The notes beneath the pieces are model-generated. The model was given only the letters and a program-made list of their open reading frames with translations, ran no database searches and was not told the DNA's origin. Positions 27,303 to 37,543 of a stretch of 55,170 nt of DNA are shown here, in pieces. The translations under genes and the position numbers were made by a program. Within the stretch, counting starts at the first letter, position 1; every line of letters starts with the position of its first letter. Source of the stretch: Rhodospirillaceae bacterium (lineage in GTDB: Bacteria; Pseudomonadota; Alphaproteobacteria; UBA7985); NCBI GenBank assembly GCA_002700865.1, contig PAFB01000149.1, positions 1 through 55,170 of the forward strand, written 5' to 3'.

Positions 27303-27583
27303 GAGACATCCATTCGGTTGCGCAGACGTAGCATTCGAGTCTGCTGTTGCAGGATGTCGTAGGGGTGCGCACTGGACACCCCTTCGAACATCTGACGCTT
27401 GGCCTCTGCCACCCGCGAGAGCGCATCCGCAGCCAGGTCAAGGGCGTGGATGAACTCGAATTCAGCCTCCGGCTCGTCGGCGCTCATTTTTACTTCTGCC
27501 GACATCAGCACATCGAGCATCAAAGCAAGCAACTCAGCCTTATCAATGTCGGACGAAACCGATTTAAGGTTGCGGAGCGTCAT
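27290..27583 (-). CDS. Hypothetical helical protein starting at, or truncated by, the palindrome centre
   Basis: MTLRNLKSVSSDIDKAELLALMLDVL... (97 aa). The 160-aa ORF in the track is chimeric: its first ~62 codons are the antisense mirror. Confidence 0.5.
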   Translation of the reverse strand: MTLRNLKSVSSDIDKAELLALMLDVLMSAEVKMSADEPEAEFEFIHALDLAADALSRVAEAKRQMFEGVSSAHPYDILQQQTRMLRLRNRMDVSQVE

Positions 27584-27587
27584 GCGC

Positions 27588-27881
27588 ATGACGCTCCGCA
27601 ACCTTAAATCGGTTTCGTCCGACATTGATAAGGCTGAGTTGCTTGCTTTGATGCTCGATGTGCTGATGTCGGCAGAAGTAAAAATGAGCGCCGACGAGCC
27701 GGAGGCTGAATTCGAGTTCATCCACGCCCTTGACCTGGCTGCGGATGCGCTCTCGCGGGTGGCAGAGGCCAAGCGTCAGATGTTCGAAGGGGTGTCCAGT
27801 GCGCACCCCTACGACATCCTGCAACAGCAGACTCGAATGCTACGTCTGCGCAACCGAATGGATGTCTCTCAGGTCGAGTAG
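27588..27881 (+). CDS. Mirror copy: hypothetical helical protein at palindrome centre
   Basis: Mirror of 27290..27583. Confidence 0.5.
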   Translation: MTLRNLKSVSSDIDKAELLALMLDVLMSAEVKMSADEPEAEFEFIHALDLAADALSRVAEAKRQMFEGVSSAHPYDILQQQTRMLRLRNRMDVSQVE

Positions 27882-28906
27882 TGGTTCATGAGCCATCGCA
27901 CCCGTTGGTCATAATCACTGACCTCGTCGTTCACGATCATTTCGCTCAAGAACCAGGGGTTGCCCCGAAAAATACCGCGGATCCACTGCTTGGTAGCCGC
28001 AATTTCTGGGTAGTTGCGTTTCTGCTCGAGGCTGAACATCCGGATCCCGTGACCAATGTTAACCCCCAGATCGACATGGATCAGGTAGGGGTCCATGTTC
28101 ATATAGTTGCCCAGCAGCCCGAGACCGAGGCCGGACTTAATCATGGTCGCATAGGTCACGTTCATATCGGTTCCGGCGATGTATTGGGCTTCCTTGGTTA
28201 CATCCACCCAGTCTCGCCAGAAATCACTACTGGAGAGATATTGACGATTCCCGACAAAGCGGTGGTCGCTGAGATTGTCGCGCGTCGGGGTGCCAAAGCG
28301 TTTGATATATTCAAGCGAGGCAAAGGTTGTCAGGTGCAGATGGCCCAGATCCTCAACGATGAAATCGTCTTGCACCGGCACTGGAAAAGCGACGATGATG
28401 TCCACTTCGTTCTTTTTCAAGTTGGGGATGTTCTGCAGCGAGATGATTTCAAGGCTAACTTGGATCCCTTGTTGCAGAAGCCCAGGAATATGTGGCGCCA
28501 GCCAGAATGCCGCCAATCCGTCCGTTGCCGCGACCTTGACCACGGATCGGTACGTCGCCGCAGACGAGGCGGTAAACAAGTCAGAGAATTCTAGATCGAT
28601 TTTCGCGATGCGTTCCGCAACCTCTCGCCCCTTGGTGGTCAGTTCGACCCCATGGGGCTTGCGTATCACCAGCTGCCCGAGGCGGTCTTCCAGCGTCATC
28701 AAGCGGCGTGAAAGCGTTGGTTGAGATATGCCCAACGTTTCTGTGGCGCCGAGTAGGCTGCCGGCCCGAGCAATTGCGAGAAAGCTGCGCATCTCATCCC
28801 ATAGCCCCGGACTTGGCACGTGCCGCCCTTCTAGCAGATTATTGTCGAACAGCTTATTCGAGCCGTCGATTGGCGTGTCGGAGTTGTTGGTCACGCTTTG
28901 CCCCAA
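27869..28906 (-). CDS. Mirror copy: LysR regulator
   Basis: Identical translation to 26265..27302. Confidence 0.9.
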   Translation of the reverse strand: MGQSVTNNSDTPIDGSNKLFDNNLLEGRHVPSPGLWDEMRSFLAIARAGSLLGATETLGISQPTLSRRLMTLEDRLGQLVIRKPHGVELTTKGREVAERIAKIDLEFSDLFTASSAATYRSVVKVAATDGLAAFWLAPHIPGLLQQGIQVSLEIISLQNIPNLKKNEVDIIVAFPVPVQDDFIVEDLGHLHLTTFASLEYIKRFGTPTRDNLSDHRFVGNRQYLSSSDFWRDWVDVTKEAQYIAGTDMNVTYATMIKSGLGLGLLGNYMNMDPYLIHVDLGVNIGHGIRMFSLEQKRNYPEIAATKQWIRGIFRGNPWFLSEMIVNDEVSDYDQRVRWLMNHYST

Positions 28907-29174
28907 AAAATATTATTTAATTAATTTTATTCTACCTAAAACGAACAGCCTGTTGTGGAGGCTACGATAGGTAAAGAAAAGTGGCTCAATGGGGCTGAAC
29001 CCTGATTTCCTGTTCTCACTTTACCCGGTTTTGGGATAATGTTGGTTCTTGGGTCACGTAGAAAAATAAGCGCAGGTATGGGTCTGCGAGGATAATTGGG
29101 TTTGGTTCAGGTGAAGGGGTGCGTCAAATTGTCCTCCAGCCGTGGCGCGAACGGGCAGACCGCAGAGACGACAC

Positions 29175-29191
29175 TGGTCTACCGTCTACCA
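29175..29191. promoter_or_regulatory. Mirror copy: putative GntR-type operator
   Basis: Mirror of 25980..25996. Confidence 0.4.
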
Positions 29192-29223
29192 ACCCAAAGC
29201 ATGTTCATGAGGAGCAGGTAAAG

Positions 29224-30309
29224 ATGGAATTCAGCGTACAGTTGTCGTCTGATTACCCAGATAAGGCCTACGGCGGTGATCGGGTCTATCGGGACATGCT
29301 GGAACAAGCAAAGCGTGCCGATGACCTCGGCTTCGATGCCGTGTCAGTGACCGAACACCACCTGGTCAACTGCCTGATGATGCCGGCGCCGCTCACTTTT
29401 GCCGTGAAGATCGCCGCCCACACCCGCCAGATCAAAATCCTGACCAGTGTGGTTGTGTTGCCGCTGCACGACATGCGGACCTATGCCGGCGAGGTCGTCG
29501 TCGCTGACATCTTCTGTGACGGACGGCTGTTCCTCGGGGTTGGTCGCGGTGCCTTTAAGTTTGAGATGGAGCGCCTCGGCGTGCCGATGGAGGAGACCCG
29601 CGAGCGCTTCGACGAAAGCCTCGATGTGCTGCAGGCGCTGTTGCGGGAAGAAGAAGTGAGCTGGGATGGAAAATTCTACCAGTTTGACGCGCTGACCATC
29701 ATGCCGCGTCCGGTTCGTCCGGGTGGCCCGCCCATGATGATGGCGGTGATGAACCCCGAGGGCATTTACGCCTGTACCCGCCGTGGGTTCCACATCCAGA
29801 CGACGCCGTTGTCGGGGAATCACCAGCTGTTGGTGGACCAGGTTGATGCCTTCAACCGTGCCAAGGCCGACATGAATAATGAGGGCGATGCGCTGACGCT
29901 GTCGCTGTCGCGCGTAGCGCACGTCGCAACCTCTGAAGCTGAGCGCACACGAAAAAACCGAGCGGCCTATGACTACTATTGCCGGTTCGACAACATTTAT
30001 CTTGGCCCCGGTCTTGTCGACGCGGGGATGATCCGGCAAATCCCGCGCGCTCAATCAGCCGAGGAATTGGAAAAGAGCCTGCTGATCTGCCGCCCCACTG
30101 AGATGGTTGATCGGCTGGGGCGATATGCGGACCTGGGTATCGATCGAGTGATCCTGAATTTCAATTTTGGCCTTGAGTCTTCAGACACGCTGGAGGCCAT
30201 TCAGTGCTTTGCTGAAGAGGTGATGCCGCACTTCACCGACCGTCCGGCCCGTGTCCGAGACGCGTTCCTGCGCGAGGGCGGAAGACCAAGCCTGCAGGCT
30301 GTTCGCTGA
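29224..30309 (+). CDS. Mirror copy: LLM class flavin-dependent monooxygenase
   Basis: Identical to 24862..25947. Confidence 0.92.
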   Translation: MEFSVQLSSDYPDKAYGGDRVYRDMLEQAKRADDLGFDAVSVTEHHLVNCLMMPAPLTFAVKIAAHTRQIKILTSVVVLPLHDMRTYAGEVVVADIFCDGRLFLGVGRGAFKFEMERLGVPMEETRERFDESLDVLQALLREEEVSWDGKFYQFDALTIMPRPVRPGGPPMMMAVMNPEGIYACTRRGFHIQTTPLSGNHQLLVDQVDAFNRAKADMNNEGDALTLSLSRVAHVATSEAERTRKNRAAYDYYCRFDNIYLGPGLVDAGMIRQIPRAQSAEELEKSLLICRPTEMVDRLGRYADLGIDRVILNFNFGLESSDTLEAIQCFAEEVMPHFTDRPARVRDAFLREGGRPSLQAVR

Positions 30310-30362
30310 CGCGATACTTTGGCCGGTCTCATTATCGAAACACGTCAATCAGAGAGGCCTTC

Positions 30363-31142
30363 ATGACTCAGCCGCTGTCTTGCGCGTACTCAGTATCGGG
30401 TGAAGGGCCGCCCTTGATCCTGATCCATGGCATCGGGGCCTCGCGGGCTACTTGGGCGACGGCTCTTCCGCTGTTGGAAGCACACTTTACCGTCATCGCC
30501 TACGATTTGCGCGGGCACGGTAACTCGCCTCAACCGGACGGGCGTTTTGGTCTTGACGCGCTGGTCGCCGACCTCGAACAAGTGCGGGCAGAAGTCGGGG
30601 TGGAGGCAGCACATATCGCCGGGCATTCGCTGGGGGGGATGATCGCGCCGGCCTATGCCCGCGCCTTTCCCGATCGGGTGCTGTCCCTGGGGCTGCTGTC
30701 CACCGCTGCCTTCCGCACGGAACAAGATAGCATCAATGTTAGGGCAGTTGTCTCCGCGATGCGCCAGCAGGGGATTGCTGAGGTGCTGAGCACACTGGCC
30801 AACCGTTGGTTCACGGACGCCTTTATCGCCGAGCATCCCGAAGTGGTTGAGGCCCGTATGGCGCAGGTGATCGGCACTGACCCAGAGGTGTTCCTGAATG
30901 TCTTCGATATCTACGCCGAGACTGAGATGGCCCCCTGGCTGCATGAAATCACAGCGCGGTCACTGGTGCTGACAGGGGAGAATGACGGCGGCTGTCCCCC
31001 ACGGTTAAACCAATTGATTGCCGAGGCCATGCCTTTCGCCACACTGCGGGTGTTGCCTTCGCTGAAGCACTCGATCCTGCTCGAAGGCGGCGCTCAGACC
31101 GGTACCTGCCTGCGCGATTTCCTCCTTGGTTTGGGTCACTGA
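30363..31142 (+). CDS. Mirror copy: alpha/beta hydrolase
   Basis: Identical to 24029..24808. Confidence 0.9.
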   Translation: MTQPLSCAYSVSGEGPPLILIHGIGASRATWATALPLLEAHFTVIAYDLRGHGNSPQPDGRFGLDALVADLEQVRAEVGVEAAHIAGHSLGGMIAPAYARAFPDRVLSLGLLSTAAFRTEQDSINVRAVVSAMRQQGIAEVLSTLANRWFTDAFIAEHPEVVEARMAQVIGTDPEVFLNVFDIYAETEMAPWLHEITARSLVLTGENDGGCPPRLNQLIAEAMPFATLRVLPSLKHSILLEGGAQTGTCLRDFLLGLGH

Positions 31143-31146
31143 GGCG

Positions 31147-31182
31147 CAGGGACGCAGGCAGGGACTCAGGCAGGGAATCAGG
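31147..31182. repeat. Mirror copy: 12-bp tandem repeats
   Basis: Mirror of 23989..24024. Confidence 0.75.
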
Positions 31183-31627
31183 CCACTTTGCCCTGGCTTC
31201 GCGTTGAGAACCACACCCAGAAACTCAGAAGTACGGCTGCGCCGGAAATGAATGTCATGACGGTGCCGGGTACGAAGTTCACATAGCCAGCGAAGTCCAG
31301 AAACAGCAGATACCCAATATCGGCGAGGCCACCTACCATGCTAGTGACCCAGATTGCAGTCCGGTTCTGATGCCAGATCATCGCAGCACCGATGATCGTG
31401 GCCACTCCGAACCAGCCCAGGTTCCAACCATGCTGATTGAGGACGCCCTCGACGGCTCCGTGGTAGTCTGCTGCCAGCGCCGCAGGATTAACGCCATCGG
31501 CAACGGCCTGTAGGCCTCCAGTGGCGTCGTTCATCAACACCATTACCCCGGCGAGCACGTGGACCAGCCCCCACAGGAGCCAACGGATTGCCGCCACGCG
31601 GAGCGTATTTTTCTGAACAGAACTCAT
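31178..31627 (-). CDS. Mirror copy: integral membrane protein
   Basis: Identical to 23544..23993. Confidence 0.8.
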   Translation of the reverse strand: MSSVQKNTLRVAAIRWLLWGLVHVLAGVMVLMNDATGGLQAVADGVNPAALAADYHGAVEGVLNQHGWNLGWFGVATIIGAAMIWHQNRTAIWVTSMVGGLADIGYLLFLDFAGYVNFVPGTVMTFISGAAVLLSFWVWFSTRSQGKVA

Positions 31628-31670
31628 CGTGAATTTCCTTGCCATTGTCCCCGCGGGACAGTTGAAATAC

Positions 31671-31711
31671 GTTGACTAAGTCCACTAAGATAGAAAGTTG
31701 ATAAAATCAAC
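31671..31711. promoter_or_regulatory. Mirror copy: MarR operator-like palindromes
   Basis: Mirror of 23460..23500. Confidence 0.65.
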
Positions 31712-31714
31712 CAC

Positions 31715-32137
31715 ATGAAAAAGACACGGGATACAGACTTGGCACTGATGTTCGATCGTTTCATGCGATCGATCCACTTCGGGTTGCAGCAAAAAGCCGG
31801 GGACTTTGATCGAAAAAGCGTAGGTCCTGGTGGCGGAATGCTGCTCATGACGCTGGCTGATGCAGGCCAGGTCAGTCAGAATGAACTGAGCAGGCGGATG
31901 GTTCGCGATAAGTCGCAAATGACGCGCATGATCCAGGGGCTCGAAGGCAAGGGATTGGTCAGGCGGGAAAATTCGACCAGTGACGGCAGGGTTGTCATGG
32001 TCTCGCTGACCGCCGAGGGAGAGCAGGTGGTTGAAGAGCTGCTTGAAGCGGTGGCCGATGTAATTGGCGACCTGCTTGCACCAATTTCAGCAAATGAGAC
32101 GCAGCTGCTGAAACAGCTTCTCAGCCGGATTGTATGA
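31715..32137 (+). CDS. Mirror copy: MarR regulator
   Basis: Identical to 23034..23456. Confidence 0.92.
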   Translation: MKKTRDTDLALMFDRFMRSIHFGLQQKAGDFDRKSVGPGGGMLLMTLADAGQVSQNELSRRMVRDKSQMTRMIQGLEGKGLVRRENSTSDGRVVMVSLTAEGEQVVEELLEAVADVIGDLLAPISANETQLLKQLLSRIV

Positions 32138-32167
32138 TCGGCGAGGCCAAAGACGAGGTGAGTTAGC

Positions 32168-33337
32168 CTAGATCAGAACACCGTCGAGGCTTGCATCGTC
32201 AAAGCCGCTAAAACGGTTGTCCGACAACCCAAACCAACCGGCGAGCAGACGCTGATAAACCGCGCGATAGTCCAACGTGTATTTCAAATCGCCATCTTCG
32301 AGGTCTTCCAGATCCGGGTGTCGCCCAAACAGCCCCCCGCGAACCCCGCCGCCGAGAAGCAAGTGCGGCGCCGCCGTACCATGGTCAGTGCCGTTGGAAT
32401 AGTTCTCCGTCGCTCGCCGACCAAACTCGCTATAGGTCAGGATCAGCGTCTGGTCCCAGTGCCCCGATTGCTTCAGCGCCGCCCGAAGGCCCGCCAGCGA
32501 CCGTCCCAGATCACGTAGCAGTCGCTCATGATCACCGCGCTGATTTTCATGCGTATCAAAGCCGCCGATTTTCATCTTGAGCACCGGTGCATCCACCCCT
32601 GCCCGAATTAGGGTCGCAGCGAGGGCCGCTTGTCGTCCCAATTCGCCGCCGTCGATGCGCACGTGACGGGCCATCCCAGTCTGCTTGATCTTGGTGCTGA
32701 TTTGTCCCATGGCGCTGTCGAGCGCGTTGCCCCGGTCGAGCAACATTGAGAGGGCGGGGTTGGCACTGTCGGTGGTTAAGCCGCCCAGACCCGCGTTGGT
32801 TGCAGAAAGTGTCTGTAGATGATGCAGCGAGGTGAAGGACAGCCACAACCCGCTCGATGAAGCGAAGATACCCATGCCGCCATCGAGGCTGATCCCATGC
32901 GCATCGAAGCCATTACCCATGGTCTCCACGTCTTCGGTGAGCCAGCCACTGCGGCCTGCACGGTTGCCGTCACCACCGGTTTCCCAAAGCGCTATGGACT
33001 TGAAGTGGGAGCGGTTCTGCTCAGGGTAGCCCAGCCCTTGAAGCACAGCCAATTCTCCTGCCTGCCAGGCCGGACCAAGGTCCGCCAGTGCATTGTTGAG
33101 CCCCAATTGGTCGTCAAGCGTTATCAGATCCCCGCGGTCAAGCGCCACCGAGGGGCGGATCGCGCGATAGCGGTCGTTGGCCCAGGGTACTACGGTGTTC
33201 AGGCCGTCGTTAGCGCCGGACAATTCGACAAGGATGAGGCGCCGGCCTGAGCGCCCGGCCGCCTGCGCCAGCTCGATCGGGGCTAACGGCAGGCTAAGAC
33301 CAGCGACCAGAGAACTCAGAACTTTGCGGCGATCCAT
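32168..33337 (-). CDS. Mirror copy: DUF1501 protein
   Basis: Identical to 21834..23003. Confidence 0.92.
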   Translation of the reverse strand: MDRRKVLSSLVAGLSLPLAPIELAQAAGRSGRRLILVELSGANDGLNTVVPWANDRYRAIRPSVALDRGDLITLDDQLGLNNALADLGPAWQAGELAVLQGLGYPEQNRSHFKSIALWETGGDGNRAGRSGWLTEDVETMGNGFDAHGISLDGGMGIFASSSGLWLSFTSLHHLQTLSATNAGLGGLTTDSANPALSMLLDRGNALDSAMGQISTKIKQTGMARHVRIDGGELGRQAALAATLIRAGVDAPVLKMKIGGFDTHENQRGDHERLLRDLGRSLAGLRAALKQSGHWDQTLILTYSEFGRRATENYSNGTDHGTAAPHLLLGGGVRGGLFGRHPDLEDLEDGDLKYTLDYRAVYQRLLAGWFGLSDNRFSGFDDASLDGVLI

Positions 33338-33352
33338 ACCGTGATTTTCCAC

Positions 33353-35971
33353 TTACTTGAGTTGATAAACCGGGTCGATGATCAGGTCGCTGAAACCGAA
33401 ACCGGAGCTCAGCGGCCGCGATGGTCGCCCGGCGAGGGTGATTTCTACCAGTGCGTCTCCCTCGAAGCGTTCAGCCCCGGACGCGCTGCCTAGCCACTCG
33501 ACCCGTTCATCGGGCATGCCAAGCAGCATAACCGCTCCCGACGCTTCTTGCGACATCATCGCTGACATCATCGAACCGCTATTCTGAGCCATGGGCTCTA
33601 TCAGCGGAACGGGGTTACTAAGTTCCTTTGAATAGCGTGTGCGCGGCAGGGCATCAGTGATCTTGGCAAGGATAGGATCCCAGCTGCTGCCGACCCGGTC
33701 CTGCCCGCGCCGACGCCAGTTCCTGCCGTCTTTCATGGTGTCGAACAGTGTAGGCATGGCGGACCATAGCCCGTGCACCAGCTTACGGTGGTCCTCGTCG
33801 AGTTGATCGTACTGTCCACGCTGGTCCACGTCACCGCCAGGCCAGAGCAGATATTCGACACGTTTTTCGCCTGAATTGAATTCCTTGAAGGTGGTAGATG
33901 GCCATTGCCCGTAAAAACAGTCAGGCCTGCAATTACTTTCACGAATGTCGAGCAGCAGTTCGCGACGACCATTGCGACGGTGTTCCACCAGTTCAAGCCG
34001 CAGTGCATCGTAGTGCAGATGGTTCATGCGTACGTCCATGAGCGAGATCGACAGGCTGTTCCAACTGCGCGTACGGTCCAGCGCGCGCCCCCAGTCAAAA
34101 GCAACGCGTCCAATGACGAGGCGGTCCTGTCGGTCTGGGTTCAGCGCCGAAGTCGCCAGATCTTCGCCTGAACCGCCCATAGGCTCAGGTTCGAGCGTCT
34201 GGGCAACGCGCAGTTGCAGTTCACCGGAGCAGTAAAAATTGCCCGGTGGGTCGTCATTGTTCGACCCTCGACAGCCGGGTTTCTGCAGTCCATCGCTGGC
34301 AAGGTAGAGTTGATCGTCGAAGCGTAGCCAGTCGATAAACAGGTTCCGGTCGCCCCCGGAGCTTCCGCCTGGGCCGCAGCAATGATCATTGTAGAACCCG
34401 ACGCTGAACCAGTCAGGAGGGTCGAGGTCTTCGGGGTATACCAGCGTATCGACCTGCCAGTTTAGGTCCGCGAGGCTATCGATCCGGCCCAGTCGGCCGG
34501 TGTCGATACCACCCGAGGCCTCAAATACCTCTGATCGCCAGATTGGGATGTCTCTGCCATCTTCTCTGGTCTTGTAGCCTCGGATCACAATAGTTGGTGG
34601 GCCTTCGAAGTCCTCCGCACCGTATCGCAAGCTGAGCGGCATTCCTGCCAACGGAGTCATCATCCCGTCCGCGGCAAGTCCGTCTGGGGTGCCCGCCGGA
34701 TCCGATGCGGCCGAAGGGGCCGGCCCGTCGTAAAGTGCAGCAAGCTGTTGCAGTGCTTCGTTACGGCTCAGCAGTCGCGCGGGCGTGATCCAGTCAGCCC
34801 CGCCAGGCCAGCCCGCGACGTTAGGTGCTTCGAACAAGTGCTGGCCAAGACTTTCAAGCTGTACGCTCAACGTGGGCCACCACTGGGGCAGTCGCCCGCC
34901 GCTGCGAAGTGTTCCGATCATCAGGTCAACCGGCGATTTGACGATAGTGCCGCGATAACGGGGATCCCAGAACTCCTCTGACGAAAGCATAATTCGCACG
35001 AGCGCACTGATGTCATAGTCGGTCTTGCGCCAGTCTGTCGCAAGCGCTTCGATGGCTGCTGGATCTTTTTCGAATTCGGAAATATACGCTTGCCAGAAGG
35101 TTCCTACGATAAACGCAGCCGCCGCATCGGTCTCCAGCAGGATATCGATTACGTCATCGGCATCGAAGCGTCCGATCTTGCCGAGTATCCGCTTCGAGCC
35201 CTCATCGTGATCCCAGGGCTGGAACTGAAATTCAAAATCCCGCAGATCATTATAGGAGTAACCGGTCAAAGCACGGGCGACTTCCTTGACGTCCATTTCG
35301 GTGTACTGGCCTTCGCCGAGGACAAACAGCTCCAGTAATTCTCGGGCGAGGTTCTCGTTTGGCTGTTCCTCGCGGCTATTGTTGTTGTCGAGATAGTTCA
35401 GCATGGCCGCATCACGAACAACGGCCCGAAGCAGGTCTCTGAAACGGCCGTGTCCCTTCTCCCGTAGCATCATGTGCTGATTGTAGAGTGCGTGGACCTC
35501 CTCATTCAGACTGCCATAGGCGGATACAAAGTGGTTGGACCAGATGAGCAGCAGTCGCTCTCCGGCTGGGGACGACGTTGACAGCATCTCCCGGATCCAC
35601 CATCGGCGAAGCTCACCCATCTCCTTGTCGCGCTCGACCCGGAAAGCTTGTCTGTCCTGTTCCTCGTAGTCGTTTAACATCCAGTAGTGGACATGCTCAC
35701 CGTCGCTGAGGCTGATCGGGGGTTCGTTGAAAGGTGCAGAGACATCAAGCTGGTCGACCATGGCGTCGATAGCCTGCGCCCGGGATAGACCCAACAGCGC
35801 ATTTATTTCATCGGGATGCGCGCCCAGCCCAGCGCGTTCGAGCAAATGCCGGGCATCTCCGGGGGTCATTCGCATCTGTAGATGCTGTGCTGAGGCCAGC
35901 GCCGGCCATACCGATACCATCAATCCGAGGATCGCTGCTTTTGCCATGCGCCAGAAAATTTGACATGTCAC
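33353..35971 (-). CDS. Mirror copy: DUF1800 protein with insertion
   Basis: Identical to 19200..21818. Confidence 0.88.
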   Translation of the reverse strand: MTCQIFWRMAKAAILGLMVSVWPALASAQHLQMRMTPGDARHLLERAGLGAHPDEINALLGLSRAQAIDAMVDQLDVSAPFNEPPISLSDGEHVHYWMLNDYEEQDRQAFRVERDKEMGELRRWWIREMLSTSSPAGERLLLIWSNHFVSAYGSLNEEVHALYNQHMMLREKGHGRFRDLLRAVVRDAAMLNYLDNNNSREEQPNENLARELLELFVLGEGQYTEMDVKEVARALTGYSYNDLRDFEFQFQPWDHDEGSKRILGKIGRFDADDVIDILLETDAAAAFIVGTFWQAYISEFEKDPAAIEALATDWRKTDYDISALVRIMLSSEEFWDPRYRGTIVKSPVDLMIGTLRSGGRLPQWWPTLSVQLESLGQHLFEAPNVAGWPGGADWITPARLLSRNEALQQLAALYDGPAPSAASDPAGTPDGLAADGMMTPLAGMPLSLRYGAEDFEGPPTIVIRGYKTREDGRDIPIWRSEVFEASGGIDTGRLGRIDSLADLNWQVDTLVYPEDLDPPDWFSVGFYNDHCCGPGGSSGGDRNLFIDWLRFDDQLYLASDGLQKPGCRGSNNDDPPGNFYCSGELQLRVAQTLEPEPMGGSGEDLATSALNPDRQDRLVIGRVAFDWGRALDRTRSWNSLSISLMDVRMNHLHYDALRLELVEHRRNGRRELLLDIRESNCRPDCFYGQWPSTTFKEFNSGEKRVEYLLWPGGDVDQRGQYDQLDEDHRKLVHGLWSAMPTLFDTMKDGRNWRRRGQDRVGSSWDPILAKITDALPRTRYSKELSNPVPLIEPMAQNSGSMMSAMMSQEASGAVMLLGMPDERVEWLGSASGAERFEGDALVEITLAGRPSRPLSSGFGFSDLIIDPVYQLK

Positions 35972-36189
35972 CGCACTATCTTCCGGTGGTTTGCTTCAAA
36001 CTCTGAACCGATATTCTATCATAAGGCCGGCTCTGCAGGCGATAATTAGAAATAGTAGCTAATATCTATCAAATGAACAGGAACACGATGTTTCAAACAA
36101 TTCCACTGCTGCCGGCACCCGCGCTGCTGCCAAGTCGTGAACCAGCACAGCGAGATCAGCGGAGAGCAGCACTTTGCCATAGACTGAGC

Positions 36190-36225
36190 TGGCCCCGGTC
36201 TCGCTTTGAAACGGGGCCACTTTTA
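36190..36225 (+). terminator. Mirror copy: terminator-like hairpin
   Basis: Mirror of 18946..18981. Confidence 0.55.
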
Positions 36226-36263
36226 GATCTTTACGGCACGGATGGAACCAGCGTTGCTGGGCT

Positions 36264-36686
36264 TTAGTCGAGGGTGGTTTTAGCCTTCAGTCGGACGCTG
36301 ATCGTCTCACTCAGAGAGTTGGAGAAGGGACAGAGTTTGTGGGTTGTCGCCATCAGCCGATCTGCTGTTTCTTGATCCATGCCTGGCAGCATCGCGGTGA
36401 TGTCCACGTCAAAACGCAACCGCTTGTTGTCGTCGGAGTTTCCTAGCCCAACGGCAATTTGTGTGTGCCAGTCGTCACCAAGTTCGATTTCCTTGAACTT
36501 TGCAGCTTCCTTCATCGCGTTATCAAAGCAAGCGGCATAGCCGAGCGTAAACAGCTCTTCGGGGGTCAGGCCCTCTTTTTTGGCACCTGGTAGAACTGTG
36601 TCGATGGAAAAGGTGCCGTTATCGAGACTCGTGCTGCCCGAGCGGCCTCCGCGGGCTGTAGCGGCGGTCTTGTGGTAAATGTTCAT
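36264..36686 (-). CDS. ohr: Mirror copy: Ohr/OsmC peroxiredoxin
   Basis: Identical to 18485..18907. Confidence 0.88.
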   Translation of the reverse strand: MNIYHKTAATARGGRSGSTSLDNGTFSIDTVLPGAKKEGLTPEELFTLGYAACFDNAMKEAAKFKEIELGDDWHTQIAVGLGNSDDNKRLRFDVDITAMLPGMDQETADRLMATTHKLCPFSNSLSETISVRLKAKTTLD

Positions 36687-36788
36687 GGATCCGGACTTTT
36701 CGAATTAAGTATCATTTTTCGCGTCGAGCCTTGGGCTTAGTCACTTCCCGCGATCATCTCAACCGCATTCTGGTATTTTGGACGGTGG

Positions 36789-37481
36789 TTAGATAAGGCG
36801 TACTTCGAGCGTCCCGATCCCTTCAATGGTCCCGACGAGTGCGTCGCCCGCAACAACTGGCCCCACACCAGCGGGGGTGCCGGTGAAGATCAGATCCCCG
36901 GGCATTAGCGTGTAGAGCGTGGAAAGGTCAGCAATGATTTCCGCTAACGACCAGACCTGGTCGGCAAGGTTGCCGCTCTGCCGCAGGTCGCCGTTTACGT
37001 GCAGGCTGATGGCGCCCTGATCTGGCCGAGCACCCGCGCCGGGCTGGCACAGTGCCGAACACAGGCCGCTGAATTCGAAGTCTTTGCCCGTGTCCCAACT
37101 GCGGCGCTTGTCTTTGCTGTCCTGCTGCAAGTCGCGTCGGGTCATGTCCAGCCCGACGGCGTAACCAAAGATATGGTCAAGCGCCGTATCGATGCTGATC
37201 CCGCTTCCGCCCTTTGCCAGAGCAGCAACCAGCTCGATCTCGTGATGATAATTGTCAGTGCGTGGGGGCACCGGCACGGGATCTTTACCGTTTGCAAAGG
37301 CCACGTGCTGGGGCGATTTGAGGAAATAGAAGGGTGCTTCCCGATCAACGACGTTGCCCATTTCGGCCGCGTGCGCAGCGTAGTTGCGTCCCACGCAAAA
37401 GGCGCGATGGATTGGAAAGAGCTGGTTGCTGCCGAGAATTGGCAGGGCGGAAATTGGGGGTGGGGTCACGGCGTAGCTCAT
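36789..37481 (-). CDS. Mirror copy: FAH family protein
   Basis: Identical to 17690..18382. Confidence 0.93.
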   Translation of the reverse strand: MSYAVTPPPISALPILGSNQLFPIHRAFCVGRNYAAHAAEMGNVVDREAPFYFLKSPQHVAFANGKDPVPVPPRTDNYHHEIELVAALAKGGSGISIDTALDHIFGYAVGLDMTRRDLQQDSKDKRRSWDTGKDFEFSGLCSALCQPGAGARPDQGAISLHVNGDLRQSGNLADQVWSLAEIIADLSTLYTLMPGDLIFTGTPAGVGPVVAGDALVGTIEGIGTLEVRLI

Positions 37482-37543
37482 GACCCCGGGTATGACATGC
37501 CAGTGGCTGTGGTTCCAATGCTTTCAGAACATCGGTGGAGCCC

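Noticed and set aside
27290..27881. 160-aa ORFs on both strands across the centre, read as a real self-complementary gene
   Set aside because: The N-terminal ~62 residues are only the antisense reading of the mirrored half and are produced by the palindrome.
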